A DNA stretch of 60,985 nt, counting the filler, from Diploschistes diacapsis (Eukaryota): the NCBI GenBank assembly GCA_023645945.1. It is 6 parts of 6 records of this genome, joined end to end, with 100 filler letters (N's around TTAATTAATTAA, not from the genome) between each part and the next. Parts side by side here need not be neighbours in the genome. Positions count along the whole stretch, not along the records: positions 50,937 to 60,985 come from JALAIB010000966.1; 5 more parts are not named here. The stretch is one strand, 5' to 3'. The notes under the pieces were generated by a model. The model searched no databases. It was not told the origin of the DNA and saw only the letters and a program-made list of their open reading frames with translations. Shown here in pieces: positions 52,556 to 60,985 of the stretch (position 1 is its first letter; each line of letters starts with the position of its first letter). The translations under genes were made by a program, and so were the position numbers.

Positions 52556-53683
52556 GTAGAAATTTGTTTAAGAGGAAGCCGAATTTGGGCCTTCAAGTGA
52601 TAGGACTTTCTTTTTGTTTCTGGCCTTGTTGCAGATTTGAAGGACATGGCGGAGAAGCCTTGACATATACCTTTCCCCCTTGGTGGGCCCAACGATCATG
52701 AGCCTGTCTGTCAGCGTTGTAGGCGCCCGGTAACTTTGAGTCGGACATTGGACAAATTCAAAGTCCAGCTCTCGGAGTTCGAATGCGGGCCGAAATCCGT
52801 TTGTCAAAGACAAGCGGTAAAACTCGCCCCGTTCACGAGTCAGTGTCGCTTTCGTGGAGTCAGTTTTCCAAAGCCATGGAAAGCCAATAGGTGTAGTTCT
52901 CCATCACAGACAGCGTCTGTGTCGGTCCAATATATTCCTCTCGATCATCCCGACCAGAAGGTACAGAATCAAACAAGAGTAGTGGCTTGCTAGATTGTGT
53001 AGGATGACTCATACAGGCAACAGAGTCATCAATTAAAGTTCCACGAGAACACAAACATGAACGATGGAATAGACGGTCAAAGCGTCGTTGTAGAGACTTC
53101 CTATTTCCCTCATGACCGGGAAGAGACTGACAACGTCTTTACGCTCTCTCTCGCGTGCTCTATCCCTATGCCAATACGACTTCCGTTTGGAACCCGAAAG
53201 AACTAGGTTGATATACCCACTATGGCAGGGACCCTCTCTTTTTCTTCTTCCAGCCTAGCTTCCATGCACGCTGAGCCCGCTATGTCAGCTAGATAGCCGG
53301 AGCACATGATACACAACACTTCGTTAATAGAAGTAGTGTGACCTGATGGCATTACTTGATGCGATAGCCGTATCGAGTAGTAGCAGGCAGACAAGTTCCG
53401 CCAGCATCATGAAGCTGGTGCCTAAAAGCGTGAGGGCTTTCCTAGTGGGTTTTTGGAGTTGGTAGCTAGTTGTAAGCTTCCAAATAACTCGGATACTGTT
53501 CGCACAGCTCGCAAGCCGACAGCAAGTCTCCGCTTCAGAGCGTTGAATGCGGGTTTGCGGGAGGAATTGGGAGAATCACTTCGTGGTATATAGCTGAAGC
53601 GGACCACTGACAACGCAGTTGCACTGCGAGCTTGAACGTCTGGTGGGGATCGAGGCATTAACGCCCCAAGGAGGTAGTCGGGC

Positions 53684-55967
53684 TCAGATGTTCTCTGTGC
53701 AGACTGCATCCCAGGTTGACCAATCCCACGGGACTTCATCGGCAATGATCGGATTTCGACCTAGCACGAAGTCATCCACCGACATGCCAAACCCGTGGTC
53801 TGCATTAAAGGGCTGCATAACGCCCGGCGGACCATAGCTTGTATTATCAAAATTTAGTGGGATCTGAAAAGCAGAGTCTGCCATGTTAATGGAAGGCAGT
53901 CCGTTGAGCCCAGTAGAAGGCATTTCCGAGGTCGCATCGGCAGGACTCGTCGATGCTACGTCCACAGGTTCGCGCCTCCTCGTGAAACGAATACGCTGAG
54001 ACCTTTCGTACAGTTTGCAGAGCGGCTTCCAGAGTTTAGATCTCGTGTACCAACTCTTGCCTCTCCAGGCATCGAACGACTCGTCTACAATGGTCCAGGC
54101 TTCACCAAACTCATGGGGTTTCTCGCAAAGAACGCATAGCACAATGACCATGGCGTGCCAGTGCAGGATAGGTTTCAGAAGCCATTTGTGATTCATACCC
54201 TCGACTTCAGATTCGAGTTGTCGGTTGCTCCGGATTGCTTCCAAAGCTTTCTTGAAAGCTTTAGCCTTCAAATCTGGATTGCTCCCCGATTCAAATGATT
54301 TCCTGATCAATGGGTGATATATGACAAGCCACAGACGGGTAATCATCTGCTCCACGTCAATACGAAAGATGTAGAGCCCTCTTATTAGAGTACTTACAAT
54401 TCTCGTTAGCATTACGGAAGCCCATTGCATTGGATGCTTGTTATAGCCGTCCATCTTGCAGTGCTTTAGGTATCGGTCGTCGAGCCTCTGTCGAACTTCT
54501 TCTAACATCTCTTCGTGAACGTGTATTTCCGGTTCATCCAACACAGCCGAAGTGCTCGAGATTCTACCAAAGCGCAAAACCGTTGCTGCAAGCTCCCAGC
54601 GCACTAAGGCGAAGGTCATGACTATGAATTCGGCACGCGGTTGCGGCTGATGCGTCATTCCGGGCCAGATGTCCTCGTCCGCAACGTTTAATGGTAGTTT
54701 CGTATCCGACCAGCGCTCAGCAGTCAAGGAGCTCGCATCGTAGTCCAGACTAGCTCGCATATCTGGAACAAGGGTCAGTTTGATCTATTCCGCTGTTGGA
54801 TTACTGGACGCACCAATCGTCCGGCAAGTCCACCATAATCGCCGCCGTATCTCAGTCTCATATGGAGAAAGGTGGAACTGTTCCCCGTCTCGGTGAAGCC
54901 CCATGGAATGTGCGATATTGACCATGAGCGCGACCATGGTAGGGACATTTGTATCATCGGCGTCCCGGCTCAATGCCGAAATGTACATATGAAACGCTTG
55001 AAGTAAAGTAACATCTTGAGAGAGTAGAAAGCCCGCCCTTGCAAGGGCTTGCTCAGTGGCGAAACGAAACCGGTCCATTGCCTTCTGTCTATCAACACCA
55101 AATCGGGCTATGGAGTCTTCGCGTGTAAGAGTGAGAAAAGTCAGATAGTACATTGCGAACATCAGAGCTTCTGTTGTATGAGTAAGAGTCGTTATATCTT
55201 GCGCCGCTCCTGTCACAATCTGTTCCGTTAAGGGAATATGGATAGACCTGTTTATTGGGCCTATGTTTTGCTTGTACATCTCCCACAACGCCACGACGTG
55301 GTCAGGGGTAGGGTGCATCATCCTCAAGGTTACTGAGTCTGAGGTGAAGCCAAGCACGAAGTTTGGGGAAAGGACTGCCGATGCCTCATCTACTTCCATG
55401 CTTTGGTCGTCAGGTGTCGAGACTTCAGTACCCGTTTCATCGGAAGGGGCGTCTGTCACTTCGATAAGATCCACAATCTTGTCACAGAGAGCATTGTAAG
55501 CGGACTCGATCACTTGAATAGTTTGTACGCATCAAGAACAAGCCTACCTCGTTAGTCAGATTAGCCCAGAACCCCCTAGTCACATAGATGGTTCTGCCAT
55601 CTTTGACCACGAGCCGACCTTCGCCAGGTGTAGGCTGCGTGTACTGCAGACGATCCGAGAACCTCTTGTAACCTAGAGTATCGGCAATTGAAGAACACGA
55701 CTGAGGAATTTGCCGGTTCGAGCAAGGACTGTGAGATGTTGGCGATTGTGATGTGGTAAAGCCATCGCCTTCAAGTCGAGAGACAATGCTTTCAAGTTGC
55801 TTCAGTCTCTTCAAAACCTCAGTATCTGCAGGCTTCTTTAAACGCCTGATGACTTTTGCCCGGGTTTGAGGCACGCATTGAGCTCCAGCTTTCAGGCAGT
55901 ATCGACATGGTTCGCCTCTATCGCATTTAATCTTCTTCTGGCGGCAAGCGATGCACGAGAGCTTCAT
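53684..55967 (-). CDS. Zn(II)2Cys6 transcription factor with fungal-specific TF middle domain
   Basis: SCIACRQKKIKCDRGEPCRYCLKAGAQC, MGLHRDG..LSPYETEIRRRLWW, DTKLPLNVADEDI. Multi-exon; start uncertain. Confidence 0.9.
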
Positions 55968-56413
55968 TATTGTCGAGTGAGCAATCTGCAAAACCAAAAA
56001 CACAACTTCTGAACCTTCTGTACCTATTACTTCTCACTGTTGACATACCATCAGGCAAAAGTTGGAAGACATAGATTGAATATATATGGAGTTTTATTAC
56101 TGTGACCCATCCAACTGTGGCGCGGTCGACATGGTACTGCTCCCCCCATTTTGGGCGCGCTACCTTAACTCTTCGAAAGCTTACTTCAGCCGTCGACATG
56201 GCTCCAATATTGAGAGAAGGGCTTGTAACACGTTATTACAAAGGTATTAGATACAGTGGTGGCTTCGTGCGGGCTTGAGGGTCTATTTGACTCTCTGTAT
56301 GAGTGTCCATCCAAGTTGGCGTAAGTGCAATCGCATCTACCTCTACCGAACAACGCTCCAAGCCAAAAACCCCCTCCCAGTCCGATTAACCGTGAGTTCG
56401 TACCCAGCATCAT

Positions 56414-59400
56414 TTAGTGCATCCTCCGCAGACTCTCTACTAGAGCCCTGATCTCCTCAACCTCGACACCGAGGCCCTCACACATATCATCCTGCACCGC
56501 CGAATTGCATTCGAGGAAGTTCTCTACCAGCTCGCCGTCGACGAAGCGGAAGGGCTCCTCTGCCTCCCTGACTTCGTTCTTGAACGCTCTGTACTTGTTG
56601 AATGGCACATCTCCTGGGGTCTGTACAAACTTAGCAATGTTGCTCTGCAGTCGCATCAATAGATCCAGCTTCTCCGTCCTTATCAATCCAAAAAGGTACA
56701 GAGACCCCTCTGCCGTCGCCATAAACGCCTTTGGCACCACTGCTGCATTTGGTGCGGCAGGAATATTGACTGGCCGTATGCGATTGACCATTTCTCCTAG
56801 TCTGATCTCGCCAATGACTTCGAGCCGCCGCTTGTCATCTGCCGTAACTCCATTGATATTTCGATGTAGCACAGTCAAATTGCCTTCAGCATCACTCTCC
56901 AGATAAGTATTCTCACCTAAAACGGCTGTAGCAGTGGCCCAGGCGGTTTGAAAGTGGCGACCTATTTCCTTGATTTTGTCTGCTTCGCCGGCGTGGCCAG
57001 GACAATACCTGACAATCGATAAGCTTTTCATAATATCCGCTATAGCGATAAGATCTCCGGAAACAGCAAGGTCGATTGGAGTAGTTGAAGTGCGGTAGCT
57101 AGCAATCTTGCTGAAGGAACCGTACTCGAAAGAGTAGACAACCACCTGCCACTGGGTCAGTTGTACTATGCTGGATTATTGGAGCAAACTTACAGTTTTC
57201 ACGAGCGCAGCAATAATCCGACCATGAATACTAGCCAGTACTCGGCATGCGCCCTTCACCGCGATCTCACTGACCACGTTCAACAAGCGATCCTGGGTGA
57301 CCTCAAAGACCAAAATGCGGCCGCGCACTGAGTCCTGTTCATCATCTTCGATGTAAGCAGTGCCCACAACAAAACGCTCAACGAGCCGCCCACCGCCTTC
57401 GTCAAGGTCAGCCCGCATAACGCTCTCAATGATCTCCTCTTCCTTTAGTACATAAGTGTCAAGCTCCTTGAATACAACCTCATCTGCTAGTTTGAATGAA
57501 CTCTGAACAACTTCGACGCCGTTCCTTAGTGTACGTTTGATGGTGCCGAGACCAAATGCCTTTAATCTTGGTGAATATGCTATGCGTCGTACAACTTGAC
57601 CGATATGCAATGTTTGTACATGGGTCGTCCTTTCCGCATCGACCATGGCAATGTTCAAATCATCAGGTGTTGCAATAGCTATAGCTCCCGGGTATGCTTC
57701 TGTATCGAACGAGCATATACAAGATGTTTTGTCTGCAGTTACTGCCGAGTAGACGATGCGGCCGTCGGATCCGTATATTACGCTAGGATGCTCGCAGGTA
57801 GCAAAAACCTGAAACAAGCCGTCTTCCTTGGGGAGAGCACGCAGATTTGCCTGCTGTGTTCCAAGGATAGTACTTTTCCGATTTGTCAACGCAAGGGTTG
57901 AAGGGTCCATATCGAAGGTAATGACGTTACCGTCGGCCATAGCAATTAGCAAAGTAGGTGAATGATCTTGTAGAAGCTGGGTTAACAAGACAGATCGAGA
58001 CACGGCTGCTTCGTCATCGCTGACGGTAATGGTCTGAATGGCCTCGAGAGTATCAATCTTGAGTAGAGCAACGTCAGCAGTCTGCCAAGAGCCCACAATG
58101 CAAACTCCTGAGAGCAGATCAGGCACATCGAGACATGATATCTGCTGTCCAGATTCAAAGGATCTTCTAGTAATCACTTTCAGTTCTGAATTGACATCAA
58201 GAACAACAACTTCGACTCCATCTAACGACAGGGCGAGATGGCGACCGTTGCCAGAAGCGGCGACTATGGGCCGTTCGTGCGCTAGGAACTCCGCAATAAC
58301 CATGCCGTTCTCGGCATCAATGAGTCGAACTCCACTTGGAGTACATTGGAGCAATCTGTTCTGGTCCAGATTTTGCGTAAGGAGCGTGCCAGCACCGAGA
58401 TTAAAGCCTTGAAAGCTCTCGACCTCCTCGACATTCCCCTCAGCATCGAAAGCAAAGACCCGGGTTTCGTCAATGAAAGAGGCAACCAGAACATCGTGAT
58501 GTTGCAGTTGCGGCCTCGAGCGTAGAGAGAATAAGTTTGTAACATTAGGCAGACCTCCTAAGCTTCCAAGGTCTTCTAAGCCTACACCGCTGCGAACGCT
58601 TCGTAAACTACCATCCTGAAAAGCCCCTGATCCAGTCACAATGCGAGCTTGACCTGAAGAGTATTCATTGACTTGGCTGTCTCCAGCCCGACTACCCATA
58701 TCCATAATCGCGAAGTCAGTGATTGGGGCGAGGACGGCCAGTTTCTGGACGACTTCAAGACCACCCTCTTGAACTTTGACAACCAGCGAATCTCCATAAC
58801 TCGAACCAACAAAGACGTGACCACCATCAAGATAGACAAGAGTAGAAGGTCGGGTGATGTCGCCGAGCCCGTCAAGCCGCAAGCCCACGACTTCTCCACC
58901 CGTGCTACCACCGAGCACAACCATTAGGAAGTATAGGCGTCCATAATCATCAGCGAGAAGCCACCTGCGCGAATCGACCTGAGTCCATGCAACCCATATC
59001 GTGGCCTCCTCCAGCGACTCAATCTCTTTCTTCATTGTAACTTCATTCCAATACGTGATGGATGTCTCTGCTAGAACCAAGAACCCATAGGACGGCGCCT
59101 CAACGGCGATGAGATGACTAGAACTGATTTCTACGTCAAACTCACGCTCAATCTGCTCCGGGATAAAGTTCGCGATATCGGGCTCTCCAAAGGCACCGTA
59201 GTCAAAAGCCATCCTCTTAAGGCTGAGACGGCACCTCTGTGAACTGTCCTCAAACAGGATTGCCAGCCTTGGCCCAGAGGCCTTCCGACTTGGCTTGCCC
59301 TCTGGCTGGTATAGATATGTCCAAGATCTTATCACCCTTTCCTCTATCCTGCTTGGGATCGGCTCCCCCAGCACCCAATCACTAGCGCTACCAACTTTGC

Positions 59401-59893
59401 TTTTCCCCTTGGACGAGAATAGCGGTATCACCGTAAGAATACCCTCGAATATCTCTAGCGTCAGGAATCGCTTGGCTGGGTCGAGCATGCAACGCTCGAC
59501 AGACTGGGAGCCACGCTCTATCCTGCTTGACATGTCCACATAGCTCTTCTCGGTACGGAACTGTTTCTTCTCACTGTCCCATGATAACGTAAAGTATGTA
59601 TATCGGTCGGTACCCACGAATAATTGATCCGTCTGAGAACTCGTGGGCCGGAGCCTCTCGAGGATGGTGACCGCACCATAGATGGTTTTTGAGTGCTTCA
59701 GAATCAGACCTTCGGCAGTAGGTTGGTAGATCTCGAGCCGATTAGATTTGCTGTTGAGCGTTAAGCAGCGATACTTTCCAACAAAACGGTTGACTTACGC
59801 GACGACAAGACTTTCCTCTTCGGGTCCGAGCAATGTGAGCTTCAGAGCGTGCCTGACGCCGCTCGGGTGGTGAATCGGAGCTATAAAAGCCAT
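56414..59893 (-). CDS. DDB1: DNA damage-binding protein 1 (CUL4 adaptor, CPSF-A/MMS1 beta-propellers)
   Basis: MAFIAPIH, KSNRLEIY, VFVGSSYGDS, IVTGSGAFQDGSLRSVRSG, GRILVF, IADIMKSL, IRLGEMVNRI, RFVDGELVENFL. Introns near 59750-59798 and 57147-57193. Confidence 0.93.
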
Positions 59894-60258
59894 CGTTGTT
59901 GAATTTCCAGACCAGAACACCGCACGCAGGGCTCAAGGTGCCTCATAAAAGCCTACTAAAATACATGATCAAAATCTTTGAGAGCTTGAGCTCCGCTCAA
60001 TCATTGATCGCTGTAGGCCGAGCTTCACGGGCTTGTGCGGGCCACGATAGCTTATCACCGTGAAGCTCAATGATTGTGTCATCGGTTTGCTCTAGATTTT
60101 TAATTTTTAAGTCAAAGGTGGGTTCTCATTGGAGGTGATATATTTTTAAGTATATAGTACAAACAGCAACATCCAGCCATTCCTTGGGGTGTTTGCTTTC
60201 TATGCCAGGTCTTTGAAAATCTAGTAATTACACATAGGTACGACATGCTCTCGAGATG

Positions 60259-60985
60259 TCATGAGACAGCCTGTATATTTCTCTGAACAGCTACCTCCGT
60301 GTTCATTTCATCCTCCTCGTGCTCCTCCGCATCCGTCGATTCATCAAAGCTTTCGTCCGCAATAGGCGTCTCTCGCTTTGCCCACAACACCTTCTCCCCA
60401 ATGGCAGTTGGGTCGACCCGTGGAGCACTTATGGCATCTAGGTACTGGCGCGGTGTCATAGCAGAAACCAATTGCGGCCGTTCGATATTATCTGGCAGCA
60501 TAAGGTTCTTCAGGTAAGATGTGAAAGCTCGGGGGTCCTATAAATTCAGTTAACTTCCCAGCGGAAATGAACTATAACTTAAGAATCATCGCCCTACTTC
60601 CTGATCGATCCACTCAAGCCGCTGCCATGGTTCCTCCTGCATAGCCCTCAGCGTCTTCCCAATCTCCCCAACCTCAAGCTCCTCATCGTCCGTAGATTTG
60701 ACAGTCATATTAATCGCTCTCGCCTCGGATTCCTGCTGCGGCCGCGCCTCGCCGTCTCGATGAGCCCTCGCATTCGACTTCTCCAAATCGGCCAGGGCAT
60801 CCAGATGATGCGGTAGAGGCTGCAACGAGCATATAGCGCTGACCCTCGTCAAATGTAACTGACCTATGACCCCATCAACACAACAAACCCAGTTAAACCG
60901 CAAAACCCCCCCCCAGGAATACTACTCACTCCCTCTAAAAACCCCAATCGCATAAACCGGATCCCCCTCCTTAACACCCTGCACC
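60259..60985 (-). CDS. RPC37: RNA polymerase III subunit Rpc5/Rpc37 (Sin-like), 3' part
   Basis: GQLHLTRVSAICSLQP..HHLDA, AINMTVKS, LRAMQEEPWQRLEWID, YLDAISAP. 5' end truncated by the window end. Confidence 0.75.

Overview
Filamentous ascomycete (Pezizomycotina-like) nuclear DNA with short GT-AG introns. The window is not contiguous. It consists of six unrelated ~10.05-10.1 kb contigs in descending size order, joined by artificial N-TTAATTAATTAA-N spacers, so synteny is meaningful only within a contig. Contig 1 holds a decayed amidoligase and a GGCT/AIG2-like gene, an AZUL-HECT E3 ligase and REI1. Contig 2 holds a DHA1 MFS transporter, a CYP505-type P450-reductase pseudogene and IMPDH, whose second intron carries a C/D snoRNA with two rRNA guides. 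Contig 3 is gene-poor, with one Ser-rich ORF and a Tc1-derived MITE. Contig 4 holds GPI13, an orphan CxxC ORF, an intronless and highly divergent UPF1-like SF1 helicase pseudogene, a hAT-like non-autonomous element and a RIP-degraded Ty3/Gypsy RT. Contig 5 holds a Tc1/mariner 5' end, RPT3, PEP4 and ATG26. Contig 6 holds an FAD monooxygenase, a Zn2Cys6 TF, DDB1 and a partial RPC5. The strongest candidates for novelty are the divergent pseudo-helicase, the dual-guide intronic snoRNA and the amidoligase-GGCT pair. No database searches were run; all family calls come from motif recognition.
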